DNA from: an uncultured bacterium
Lineage (GTDB): Bacteria > Verrucomicrobiota > Kiritimatiellia > RFP12 > UBA1067
Direction: 5' to 3'
Assembly: GCA_902799955.1 (NCBI GenBank)
Contig: CADCCQ010000009.1
Location: 3,066 to 67,065 of the forward strand
DNA length: 64,000 bases
Shown here: positions 53,506-62,065 of the stretch, in pieces
Numbering within the stretch: position 1 is the first letter of the stretch
Layout: each line of letters begins with the position of its first letter
Notes under the pieces: generated by a model
The model's input: the letters and a program-made list of their open reading frames with translations, nothing else
Told to the model about the DNA's origin: nothing
Databases searched by the model: none
Program-made: the position numbers and the translations under genes

Positions 53506-54678
53506 ATGCAGAACCAGGAAGTCTACGAGGAGCTCGTCTCCAAGTTCGAGAAGATGTACGGCGAGAAGCCGCAGGTGGTGGCGTACGCCCCGGGCCGCAT
53601 CGAGGTTCTCGGCAACCACACTGACTACAACGAGGGCTACGTGTTCTCCGCCGCGATCGACAAGGGCACGTTCTTCGCCGTCTCGCCGACGGCGGACGCC
53701 ACGTGCGAGCTGACGGCCGGCGACTTCATGGAGACGGCGAAGTTCACCACCTCCACCGTCGCCCCGGCCAAGGAGATGACGTGGCAGAACTACGTGACCG
53801 GCACGTTCAACTGGCTCTTCGACGGGAATCCCGCCTCCGCGCCCCACGGCTGGAAGGCGATGTTCCTCGGCAACATCCCGCTCGGCGCGGGCCTCTCCTC
53901 CTCCGCCGCGCTCGAGATGTGCACGGCCCTCGCGCTCTGCAAGCTCTACAGGATCGAGAAGGACAGGACGACGCTCGCGAAGATCGGGCAGAAGGCCGAG
54001 CACACGTTCGCCGGATGCCCCTGCGGGCTCCTCGACCAGGCCTCGTCGATGTACGGCAAGGCCGGCGCGCTTGTGAAGAGCGACTTCCGCACCAACGAGT
54101 TCGAGACCGTCGAGATGGGGCCGTCCGTCGCGTTCATGATGGTCAAGTCCAACGCCAAGCACGCGCTCGTCGACGGCGCGTACGCCTCGCGCCGCCAGGC
54201 GTGCGAGGACGCCGCCAAGTACTTCGCGGGCGTGCTGCGCAAGAAGGTCACGCACCTGCGCGACGTCACGATGGCCGAGTGGGTCCTCTACCGCGGCGGG
54301 CTGGGCGAGACGACGGCGAAGCGCGCGGTGCACCCGATCGGCGAGGACGAGCGCGTCCTCCAGGGCGCGGCGCTCCTCGAGAAGGGCGACCTCCAGGGCT
54401 TCGGCGCGCTGATGTACGACTCCCACGAGTCCAGCCGCAACTGGTTCGAGAACTCCTGCGAGGAGCTCGACGCCATCGTCGACGCCGCGAAGGCGATCCC
54501 CGAGGTCTACGGCGCGCGCCTCTCCGGCGGCGGGTTCGGCGGCAGCTGCTGCCTCCTCGTCGACCCGACGGCGGCGGACAAGATATCCGCGAAGATCATC
54601 AAGGAGTACAAGGCCAGGTTCGGGGACGAGCCGGTCTGCAGCCTCATCAAGCCCTCCGACGGCGCCCATCTCGTCTGA
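53506..54678 (+). CDS. galK: Galactokinase
   Basis: Motifs APGRIEVLGNHTDYNEGYV, GNIPLGAGLSSSAALE and GARLSGGGFGG. The start at 53506 is preferred over 53497 because of RBS spacing. Confidence 0.9.
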   Translation: MQNQEVYEELVSKFEKMYGEKPQVVAYAPGRIEVLGNHTDYNEGYVFSAAIDKGTFFAVSPTADATCELTAGDFMETAKFTTSTVAPAKEMTWQNYVTGTFNWLFDGNPASAPHGWKAMFLGNIPLGAGLSSSAALEMCTALALCKLYRIEKDRTTLAKIGQKAEHTFAGCPCGLLDQASSMYGKAGALVKSDFRTNEFETVEMGPSVAFMMVKSNAKHALVDGAYASRRQACEDAAKYFAGVLRKKVTHLRDVTMAEWVLYRGGLGETTAKRAVHPIGEDERVLQGAALLEKGDLQGFGALMYDSHESSRNWFENSCEELDAIVDAAKAIPEVYGARLSGGGFGGSCCLLVDPTAADKISAKIIKEYKARFGDEPVCSLIKPSDGAHLV

Positions 54679-54713
54679 TGCGGCGCTTCAGGCACAATTC
54701 CGAAAGGACAGCC

Positions 54714-55901
54714 ATGAAAGCGAAAGTTCCAGTTCTCGCCGCGGCGTGCGCGGCCCTTGCGCTTGGCGCCCGCGCCGCGGACGACATTGACGCGCTTCTC
54801 GGCGACGACCCCAAGCCGGCCGCCGCCGAGGCCCCCGCGGCGGAGGAAGGGGCCCCCGCGGCGGCCGACGGCGAGGCCCTCCCGCAGAAGGGCGACCTGT
54901 CCAAGCTGTTCTACCTCCTGCCCTACTGCAGGGAGCTCGACGGAAAGGGCGAGGTCAGGATGCCGGGCGCCTCGGAATGGAAGGCGGTCGAGGAGGGCAA
55001 GTACTACCCACTCGGCTCAGAGTACCGCTGCATAGGCGCGTCTTCCAAGATGACGATACGCTTCGGGCCCGACAGCGACGTGACCGTCCTGGGGGCGTCC
55101 TCGTTCTCCACCAGGATCCACCCGATCCGCGAGTTCAAGAGGGCGATCAACCTCCTCGGCGGCACGATCCTGGTCTCGCTGCCCAACAACCTCCCCGCTG
55201 ACACGTTCACCGTGAACGCGCCGGGCTTCTCGGTCTACAACCCCGCCGGCAGGTCCCGCTACACGTACAAGACGATGGACGACGGCGAAGGCGACGAGGC
55301 GCTGGTGCGCTGCGTGACGCAGACGATGTCCATCAAGGGCCGCCACTTCGACATAACCGGGATGAAGGCCGCCAACGAGCTTCGCATACGCACGTCGAAG
55401 GACAACCTCTTCACCGCGCTGTACGGCAAGAGCGGCGACATCGCCGTGAAGCTCGACCAGGGGCGCATCTTCGTCAAGGACTTCGCGACAGGCAAGGTGA
55501 ACCAGGAGGACAAGTTCCTCGACTGGCGGCTCTCGCCGGAGACCGTCGTTAGGATCCACCGCGCGCTGCCCGCGATTGGCGAGAGGATGTCCGTCACCGT
55601 CATGACGTTCGACTCCCACGGCGAGCTCAAGAACCGCTGCGCGTTCGCCGAGGGCCTCGCCGAGGTCAACTCCGGCGAGCTCGGCCCGACCTCCAAGAAG
55701 GACATGGAGGAGCTTGAGAAGCGCGCCGCGAGCCTGACCGACACGATTGACGCCGACGCGAACGCCGGCGCGGCCACCACCGAGGAGCCGTCCGCCGACG
55801 CCGCCTCGCCGGCGCCTGCGCCGGCCCCCTCCAAGCCCGCTTCCGCGCCGGCTCCGGAGCCGGCCCCCGCCCCCGCGCAGGACGACGGATTCGGATTCTA
55901 G
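54714..55901 (+). CDS. Secreted hypothetical protein with Ala/Pro-rich C-terminal tail
   Basis: Start at the ATG at 54714 (MKAKVPVLAAACAALALGARA signal peptide) inside track ORF 53703..55901. The tail is SPAPAPAPSKPASAPAPEPAPAPAQDDGFGF. Confidence 0.5.
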   Translation: MKAKVPVLAAACAALALGARAADDIDALLGDDPKPAAAEAPAAEEGAPAAADGEALPQKGDLSKLFYLLPYCRELDGKGEVRMPGASEWKAVEEGKYYPLGSEYRCIGASSKMTIRFGPDSDVTVLGASSFSTRIHPIREFKRAINLLGGTILVSLPNNLPADTFTVNAPGFSVYNPAGRSRYTYKTMDDGEGDEALVRCVTQTMSIKGRHFDITGMKAANELRIRTSKDNLFTALYGKSGDIAVKLDQGRIFVKDFATGKVNQEDKFLDWRLSPETVVRIHRALPAIGERMSVTVMTFDSHGELKNRCAFAEGLAEVNSGELGPTSKKDMEELEKRAASLTDTIDADANAGAATTEEPSADAASPAPAPAPSKPASAPAPEPAPAPAQDDGFGF

Positions 55902-55953
55902 CAGAACAATATCGCAGTACAAAAAAACAAACAAAGGAAAGAGCAGTCAACAA

Positions 55954-57657
55954 ATGGTTATTCTCCAGTTCAACAAGCTCATCAGAAACAAATGGGTCTG
56001 GGGCGTGTTCGCGATTGTAGTGTCCCTCGCCTTCGTGGCGCCGGACGAGTGGTTCAGGGGCCGCGACGACGACCGCCGCGGCGCGGACGGGCGCAACAGG
56101 CTCGAAAACGTCGAGATGGACGACGCGCTCTACGAGCAGTGCCGCATGCTCTCCGACGGGTTCCTCGAGAAGTTCCCGTCGCGCGTCGGGGCGCTGTTCG
56201 CTGGCAAGACCGAGCGCGACGTGTGGAAGATGTACGCCGCCGTCACCACCTTCAGGAAGGCCGGCTTCACGATTCCGGACGCCGTCCTGGCCGAGAGGGT
56301 CCGCGCAGTCTTCGTCGGAGAGGACGGCGGCTTCAACGAGGAAGAATATGCCGCCCGCGTCAAGAACTACTTCAACGCGGACGTCAAGACCTTCGAGACG
56401 ATGGTCCGCCTCGTCATGACGCTTGAGTACGGCCTCGGCAACGTGATCGGCACATCCAGCTGGCCCTCGCCGATGGAGGCCGACCAGGCAGCCAGGGACT
56501 TCACCGACAAGCTCACCGTCCAGGTCGCGACGTTCACCGAGGACAAGGACGTCAAGGAGATGAAGCTCGACGACAAGGGCCTCAAGGAGTGGTTCGACGA
56601 GAACGTCTCCAAGCTCTCCGTCCCCGACCGCTTCAAGCTCAGGTACGTGAAGTTCGAAGCCGACTCGTCGAACGCCCTCGCGCGCGTGAAGCTTTCCGAG
56701 GAGGACATCAAGGCCCGCTACGACGCCAACGCCGAGAAGGGCATGTACGACATCAAGCCCGCGACGACAAACGACGTCAAGAAGGTCAAGCCGCTCGCGG
56801 ACGTCCGCGCCGACATCGAGAAGGCTCTTCGCGCGGAGGGCGCGCTTGAGCTGGTGAAGGGCGACGTCGACGACCTCACGGGCGACGACATCTACTGGAA
56901 CAACCCGGAGGCGGCGAAGGGCCTGCTCCCCAAGGTCGCGCAGTCGACAAAGCGCGAGCTCAAGACGAGCGGATGGCTCTCCCTGGGCTACAACCAGCTC
57001 CGCGCCCTCTCGAACCCCATCGAGACCGAGTTCCCCGGCGTGAGGCGCGCGAAGCCCGACATCCTCGCCAGCGTCTGCAACGGCGACAGGCCGTTCGGCA
57101 TCGTCGCGTCCGACAAGGCTGTGTGGCTCGTCGACCTCGTCGAGAAGAGCCCCAAGCACACCCCAACGTTTGACGAGGCCAAGTCGTCCATCGGCGACAT
57201 GGCGCTTCGCGACGCCAAGGCCAAGGCCTTCAAGACCAAGGTCGAGGACTTCGCCAAGAAGGGCGTGAAGGCGGTCCTGGAATCCGGGAACGTCACGACG
57301 AACTTCACGTTCGCGGCGTGCGACTTCGTCCGCGACGAGGCGATGGGCTGGGCCAACCGCTACGGCGAGTGGGACTTCTCGAAGGCGGGCTTCCAGAACG
57401 CCGAGCCCGTGGTCTTCGCCGCGAGGAAGCTCTCCAAGGGGGAGGTCTCCGAGTTCATCCCGCTCGGCTTCGGGCGCGGGCTTCTCGTCGTCTGCAACGA
57501 CCGCAGGAGCGGCGACGCCGCCGAGCTTCTGCGCGGCGAGAGGTTCGCGAAGCGCGTCTCCGCCGGGATGCAGTCCGCCGAGATCCTCGAGAACTGGCTC
57601 GAGAGCAATCTTGTTGCCCTCGGCTTCAAGGAGCGTAGCGGAGACAGGCGCGAATGA
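55954..57657 (+). CDS. Membrane-anchored PpiD/SurA-N-like periplasmic chaperone
   Basis: Start at the ATG at 55954. The N-terminus MVILQFNKLIRNKWVWGVFAIVVSLAFV is typical of PpiD-like proteins. No clear parvulin motif was seen. Confidence 0.45.
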   Translation: MVILQFNKLIRNKWVWGVFAIVVSLAFVAPDEWFRGRDDDRRGADGRNRLENVEMDDALYEQCRMLSDGFLEKFPSRVGALFAGKTERDVWKMYAAVTTFRKAGFTIPDAVLAERVRAVFVGEDGGFNEEEYAARVKNYFNADVKTFETMVRLVMTLEYGLGNVIGTSSWPSPMEADQAARDFTDKLTVQVATFTEDKDVKEMKLDDKGLKEWFDENVSKLSVPDRFKLRYVKFEADSSNALARVKLSEEDIKARYDANAEKGMYDIKPATTNDVKKVKPLADVRADIEKALRAEGALELVKGDVDDLTGDDIYWNNPEAAKGLLPKVAQSTKRELKTSGWLSLGYNQLRALSNPIETEFPGVRRAKPDILASVCNGDRPFGIVASDKAVWLVDLVEKSPKHTPTFDEAKSSIGDMALRDAKAKAFKTKVEDFAKKGVKAVLESGNVTTNFTFAACDFVRDEAMGWANRYGEWDFSKAGFQNAEPVVFAARKLSKGEVSEFIPLGFGRGLLVVCNDRRSGDAAELLRGERFAKRVSAGMQSAEILENWLESNLVALGFKERSGDRRE

Positions 57658-58082
57658 CGGTTGAGTTCAAGAGGGTCCATCCCGACGCGGTCCTGCCTGG
57701 CTACGCAAAGCCCGGCGACGCTGGGATGGACCTGAGGAGCGTGGACGAGCTGTCCGTGCCGCCGCGCGGCAGGGCGCTCGTCCGCACCGGCCTCGTCATG
57801 GCCCTCCCGCCCGGCTACGAGGCGCAGGTGCGCCCCAGGTCGGGGCTCGCGCTCAAGAGCGGGATAACCGTCCTCAACACGCCCGGCACGATAGACTCCG
57901 GCTACCGCGGAGAGGTGGGCGTGATTCTCTTCAACACGACGGACGAGCCTTTCGCCGTCCGCAAGGGCGACAGGATCGCCCAGCTTGTCGTCGCCGCCGT
58001 CGTCGAGGCGCAGGTGGCCGAGGTCGCCGAGCTTGGCGAGACGGAGCGCGGCGCCGGCGGCTTCGGCTCGACTGGCGTTTGA
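57654..58082 (+). CDS. dut: dUTP diphosphatase
   Basis: Motifs GDAGMDL, RSGLALKSGITVLNTPGTIDSGYRGEV and ERGAGGFGSTG. Confidence 0.9.
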   Translation: MTVEFKRVHPDAVLPGYAKPGDAGMDLRSVDELSVPPRGRALVRTGLVMALPPGYEAQVRPRSGLALKSGITVLNTPGTIDSGYRGEVGVILFNTTDEPFAVRKGDRIAQLVVAAVVEAQVAEVAELGETERGAGGFGSTGV

Positions 58083-58104
58083 TTCGCCGGCAGGAGGTCT
58101 GCAA

Positions 58105-58650
58105 GTGGTTCTTCCAGTTGTCAAGTATGGCGACAAGGTCCTCCGCGAGAAGGCGAAGGACGTAGGCGTGATAACCGACGAGCTGCGCCAGCTCGCGCAG
58201 GACATGATCGACACCATGCACAAGTCCAAGGGCGTCGGCCTCGCCGCCGAGCAGGTCGGCCGCCTGGAGAAGGTGTGCGTCATAGACATACCCAAGGGCT
58301 GTGACGAAGTGGACGACGAGCTTTTCAACGCCCCGATCCCCATGCCGCTTGTCATGTTCAACCCCGTAGTCGTGGCCAGGGAGGGCTCCTGCCGCGAGAA
58401 GGAGGGCTGCCTCAGCTTCCCGGGCATCGGCGGCTCCATCACGAGGGCCACCCAGGTCACGTGCCAGTACGTCGACGCGGATGGGCGCGCCCAGATGATC
58501 ACCGCGCGAGGCTATCTCGCCAGGGCGATACAGCACGAGACGGACCACCTCAACGGCGTCCTCTACGTCGACCACATGACCGCGATTGAGCGGCTTTCAT
58601 TTTCCGGCAAGCTGAAGAAGCTTGCCAAGGCAAACGGAGGCGTCCGCTAG
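58105..58650 (+). CDS. def: Peptide deformylase
   Basis: GTG start at 58105. Motifs GVGLAAEQVG, EGCLSFPG and QHETDHLNG. Confidence 0.85.
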   Translation: MVLPVVKYGDKVLREKAKDVGVITDELRQLAQDMIDTMHKSKGVGLAAEQVGRLEKVCVIDIPKGCDEVDDELFNAPIPMPLVMFNPVVVAREGSCREKEGCLSFPGIGGSITRATQVTCQYVDADGRAQMITARGYLARAIQHETDHLNGVLYVDHMTAIERLSFSGKLKKLAKANGGVR

Positions 58651-58668
58651 ACGCATCGCTCCCACGCC

Positions 58669-59100
58669 ATGAAGATCCTAGTTCTCAACGGGCCGAACCT
58701 CAACCTCCTAGGGCTTCGCGAGCCCGAATTGTACGGAAGCAGGACGTATCCAGACCTGGTCGAATTCTGCCGGGGGGCGGCGTCCGCCGCCGGCGCCGAG
58801 GCTGAAGTCCGCCAGACGAACCACGAAGGCGTTCTCGTCGACTGGATACAGCAGGCGCGGGGCGTCTTCGACGCGATAGTCCTGAACGCCGCCGCCTACA
58901 CCCACACGTCCGTCGCCATCCTCGACGCCATCAAGGCCGTCAGGATCCCGGTCGCCGAGGTGCACCTCACCGAACCGAAGGAGCGGGAGCCGTTCCGGCG
59001 CGTCTCCTACGTCGGCATGGCCGCGGAGGCCGTGTTCTCCGGACGCGGCTTTGATTCATACGCCGACGCAATCCGCCATTTCGCCGCGAAGGGGGCATGA
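58669..59100 (+). CDS. aroQ: Type II 3-dehydroquinate dehydratase
   Basis: MKILVLNGPNLNLLGLREPELYG plus NHEGVLVDWIQ and NAAAYTHTSVAILDA. Confidence 0.9.
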   Translation: MKILVLNGPNLNLLGLREPELYGSRTYPDLVEFCRGAASAAGAEAEVRQTNHEGVLVDWIQQARGVFDAIVLNAAAYTHTSVAILDAIKAVRIPVAEVHLTEPKEREPFRRVSYVGMAAEAVFSGRGFDSYADAIRHFAAKGA

Positions 59101-59104
59101 GGGA

Positions 59105-59356
59105 ATGCCGCTCTATGTCTACGAGGCCAGGGACCCGAAGAGGTCCTGCGGCAAGTGCAAGGACGGCTTCGAAATCGTCCAGAAGCTCTCCGACCCGAAG
59201 CTGGAGACGTGCCCGGACTGCGGGGCGCCGATTGTCAAGGTGATCGGCACGCCCGGGATCGGACACTCCCGCACCGACCTCCACTACCGCGCGAAGCGGG
59301 CCGGCTTCCACACGCTCAAGCGTGTCGGCAAGGGCGAATACGAGAAGATGTACTGA
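59105..59356 (+). CDS. FmdB/CxxC_CxxC_SSSS-family zinc-ribbon protein
   Basis: [48 protein letters not shown]. The start is inside track ORF 59051..59356. Confidence 0.7.
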   Translation: MPLYVYEARDPKRSCGKCKDGFEIVQKLSDPKLETCPDCGAPIVKVIGTPGIGHSRTDLHYRAKRAGFHTLKRVGKGEYEKMY

Positions 59357-59372
59357 CAAGGAGGATGCAGAA

Positions 59373-60137
59373 ATGAGGGATCTTGTAATCGGCGGGAGGA
59401 AGTTCACCAACCGCTTTTTCCTGGGCACGGGTAAGTTCGCATCGCGCGACGTCATGGAAAGGGCGCTCGCCGCGTCCGAAACTGAGCTCGTCACAGCCGC
59501 GCTCACGCGCGTCCACGAGGGCGACGCCGCGCATGACGACATACTCTCCGTCATCGACCGCTCGAAGGTCGAGGTAATGCTCAACACGTCGGGCGCCAGG
59601 AACGCCGACGAGGCCGTGAGGATCGCGAAGATCGGCAAGGCCGCCGGCTTCAACTGGGTGAAGCTCGAGATCCACCCAGACGCACGCTATCTCCTCCCCG
59701 ACCCCGTCGAGACGCTGAAGGCCGTCGAGGAATGCGCGAAACTGGGGATGGTGGTCCTGCCGTATATCAACGCCGACCCCGTCCTCGCGCGCCACTGCGA
59801 GGACGCCGGCGCGGCGGCGGTCATGCCGCTCGGCTCGCCGATAGGCTCCAACAGGGGTATCAGGACCCGCGACATGATCGAGATCATCGTCGAGCAGTGC
59901 AGGGTGCCGGTCGTCGTGGACGCCGGGATCGGCCTTCCGTCCCATGCCGCGGAGGCGATAGAGCTGGGTGCGGACGCCGTCCTCGCCAACACAGCCGTCG
60001 CCGCCGCAGGCGACCCCGTGGCGATGGCCGAGGCGTTCAAGCTCGCCGTCCGCGGCGCGGAACTCGCCGTCGCGGCGCATCCGCCGTCCGTCCGCGCCAC
60101 CGCCTCCGCCACCAGCCCGATGGACATCTTCAAGTAG
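59373..60137 (+). CDS. thiG: Thiazole synthase
   Basis: Start at the ATG at 59373 behind the RBS aaggagg. Blocks: [55 protein letters not shown]. Confidence 0.85.
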   Translation: MRDLVIGGRKFTNRFFLGTGKFASRDVMERALAASETELVTAALTRVHEGDAAHDDILSVIDRSKVEVMLNTSGARNADEAVRIAKIGKAAGFNWVKLEIHPDARYLLPDPVETLKAVEECAKLGMVVLPYINADPVLARHCEDAGAAAVMPLGSPIGSNRGIRTRDMIEIIVEQCRVPVVVDAGIGLPSHAAEAIELGADAVLANTAVAAAGDPVAMAEAFKLAVRGAELAVAAHPPSVRATASATSPMDIFK

Positions 60138-60231
60138 CCGTTGCCCACTCCCCCAGGGCTTCCCGATTCGATTCACTTGATTGTACAACTTTCCACTTCC
60201 TCTTTGGTTGTTGGATAGGTTGTATATTGAC

Positions 60232-60395
60232 TGAGATTTTGGTATAATATCGCGCAGAGAGCGAATGACTGATGAGAGGTAAATCGACAGATAGCGTCCT
60301 TGCGCGTGACATTCTGGAATGGAACGTTCCAGAAGAGGTGCTTGCGGTTCTGCTGAAGGACCGCTCGACGGGCCGCAATCTCATCTGGGCGACGG
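60232..60395. repeat. 164-bp direct repeat, copy 1 (partner at 61864..62027)
   Basis: Hand alignment shows 15 mismatches over 164 nt, and the last 82 nt differ at a single position. It contains the start of the small ORF MRGKSTDS... Confidence 0.85.
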
Positions 60396-60490
60396 ATGAC
60401 TACGCCGCACGCGGCAAGGTCATGGACTGGAACGCAGGCGAGCCAGTCGAATTCAGGGCGATTGCAGAAAACGGAGGCGGACATGGGTAA
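60272..60490 (+). pseudogene. 72-codon remnant ORF (MRGKSTDSVLARDILEWNVPEEVLAVLLKDRSTGRNLIWATDDYAARG...), probably the 5' end of a displaced restriction-modification-type gene
   Basis: The first 41 codons are duplicated at 61904..62065. The ORF ends inside the start region of the DUF1016 gene. Family assignment is uncertain. Confidence 0.35.
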
Positions 60491-61826
60491 TAAGCACAAA
60501 ACGCAGGTTGCTGTTTATAATGCGGAGGCGACGCATGGATCAATGCCGAGTGATTTTGTGTCGGCGGTAAAGGACATTAAGCTTGCGATTCTGCAGGCTA
60601 GGGCAAATGCCGCTCGTCTCGCAAACGCCGAGGCGTTGAAGCTCTACTTTTTTGTTGGCGGATACATTTCAAAGAAGACTCGCAACGCGAAATGGGGCAG
60701 TGGCGCTATAGATGCGCTCTCCAATCAGTTGCAAGTAGAATTGCCGGGGTTGCGTGGGTTCTCTGCGATGAGCATGAAGTATATGCGTCTGTTTTTCGAG
60801 GCGTGGGCTGGGACGCCTGAAATTCGGCACTTGGCAAGTGTCGAATTTGGGAATTCGGCATTTCGACACTTGTCAAGTGGCGAAATTCGACAGTTGTCAA
60901 CTGCCGAATTTCATTACTTGCCAAGTAAGGAATTCGACGGCGCCAAGAATCGTCAGATGGCGTCTGACGATTTTCGACCAACGGCATTGGGCGAATTGGA
61001 TAAGGATGATCTTGCCGCATTCTTTTCAATAGGATTTACGCATCACCGCGAGATTATCCGTTTCTGCAAAGATTTCGACGAACGCCTCTACTATATCCGG
61101 GAGTGCGCTAAAGGGATGTGGTCTGTCGAGCAGCTGCAACATCATCTTCGCGCCGACGACTATCATCACATCGGCGCGTTGCCGAACAACTTCGAAAAGA
61201 CGCTTTCGCCGATGGCTTTGGCGTCAAGGGCGGTACGCTCGTTCCGCGACGAATACTTGCTGGAACTGGTGAATCTCGACAATGTGGATGCAAGAGGCGA
61301 TCAGGATGTGGACGAGCGCGTTCTGTCGAAGGCGCTTGTTGCGGATGTCGAAAAGACAATACAGGCATTGGGCGGTGACGACTTCTGTTTCATGGGACGT
61401 GAGAAACGGCTTGTGTTTGAAGACGAGGAGTTCTTCATCGATCTTCTTTTCTACCACCGAGGACTCCGCGCTCTCGTCGCTGTCGAGTTGAAGATGGGAA
61501 AATTCCGTCCGTCATATCTTGGACAGCTGAACTTCTACCTTTCGGCGCTCGACAAGATTGTGAAGAGGGCTGACGAGAATCAATCGATCGGGCTGCTTCT
61601 CTGCGAAGAGATGAAGAAGCCTGTAGTTCAGCTCGCTGTGCAGGATGTTTCCAAGCCGATAGGCGTCGCGACATACAAAACCCTCAAGTCTATTCCCCAG
61701 CCGTACAAGACGCTCGCGCCGGTCATCGAGGGCGTGAAGCGCGTCATGGCGAACGCACGGGCCGAATCCGAGTCGAAGCCGAAAAAGAAGTCTGCGCCTC
61801 GCAAGACCTCGAAAGGAGGCAAGTGA
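60483..61826 (+). CDS. DUF1016/YhcG-type PD-(D/E)xK nuclease-fold protein
   Basis: Start at the ATG at 60483 inside track ORF 60396..61826. N-terminal block: AILQARANAARLANAEALKLYFFVGGYIS. Core: FFIDLLFYHRGLRALVAVELKMGKFRPSYLGQLNFYLSALD (D...ELK motif). Confidence 0.7.
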   Translation: MGNKHKTQVAVYNAEATHGSMPSDFVSAVKDIKLAILQARANAARLANAEALKLYFFVGGYISKKTRNAKWGSGAIDALSNQLQVELPGLRGFSAMSMKYMRLFFEAWAGTPEIRHLASVEFGNSAFRHLSSGEIRQLSTAEFHYLPSKEFDGAKNRQMASDDFRPTALGELDKDDLAAFFSIGFTHHREIIRFCKDFDERLYYIRECAKGMWSVEQLQHHLRADDYHHIGALPNNFEKTLSPMALASRAVRSFRDEYLLELVNLDNVDARGDQDVDERVLSKALVADVEKTIQALGGDDFCFMGREKRLVFEDEEFFIDLLFYHRGLRALVAVELKMGKFRPSYLGQLNFYLSALDKIVKRADENQSIGLLLCEEMKKPVVQLAVQDVSKPIGVATYKTLKSIPQPYKTLAPVIEGVKRVMANARAESESKPKKKSAPRKTSKGGK

Positions 61827-61863
61827 TGTCATATCATCAGCTATTGGGAGGTCGTTTGATGGT

Positions 61864-62027
61864 TGAGTTTTTGGTATACTATTGCTCAGAGAGCGAATGA
61901 CGAATGAGAGGTAAATCGACAGATAGCGCATTAAAGCGCGACATACTGGAATGGAACGTTCCAGAAGAGGTGCTTGCGGTCCTGCTGAAGGACCGCTCGA
62001 CGGGCCGCAATCTCATCTGGGCGACGG
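61864..62027. repeat. 164-bp direct repeat, copy 2 (partner at 60232..60395)
   Basis: See copy 1. It lies immediately upstream of the type IIG-like gene. Confidence 0.85.
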
Positions 62028-62065
62028 GGACGGGCGAGAAGGAGAACTTCAAAAATGGGATCTGA
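61904..62065 (+). pseudogene. 53-codon remnant ORF, second copy of the MRGKSTDS... leader
   Basis: Hand translation gives MRGKSTDSALKRDILEWNVPEEVLAVLLKDRSTGRNLIWATGTGEKENFKNGI*. It overlaps the start of the next gene in another frame. Confidence 0.35.

Noticed and set aside
53392-54713. 425-aa minus-strand ORF over galK, and the 5' part of plus-strand track ORF 53703..55901
   Set aside because: These are shadow frames of galK. The real downstream gene starts at the signal-peptide ATG at 54714.
55666-57159. 497-aa minus-strand ORF antisense to the PpiD-like gene
   Set aside because: It has a shadow-frame composition, no motif and overlaps a plausible membrane-anchored chaperone gene.
60227-60248. 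TTGACT ... TATAAT near the first 164-bp repeat as a canonical promoter
   Set aside because: The spacer is only 10 nt. Only the extended -10-like TGGTATAAT is noteworthy, so it is mentioned under the repeat finding rather than annotated.
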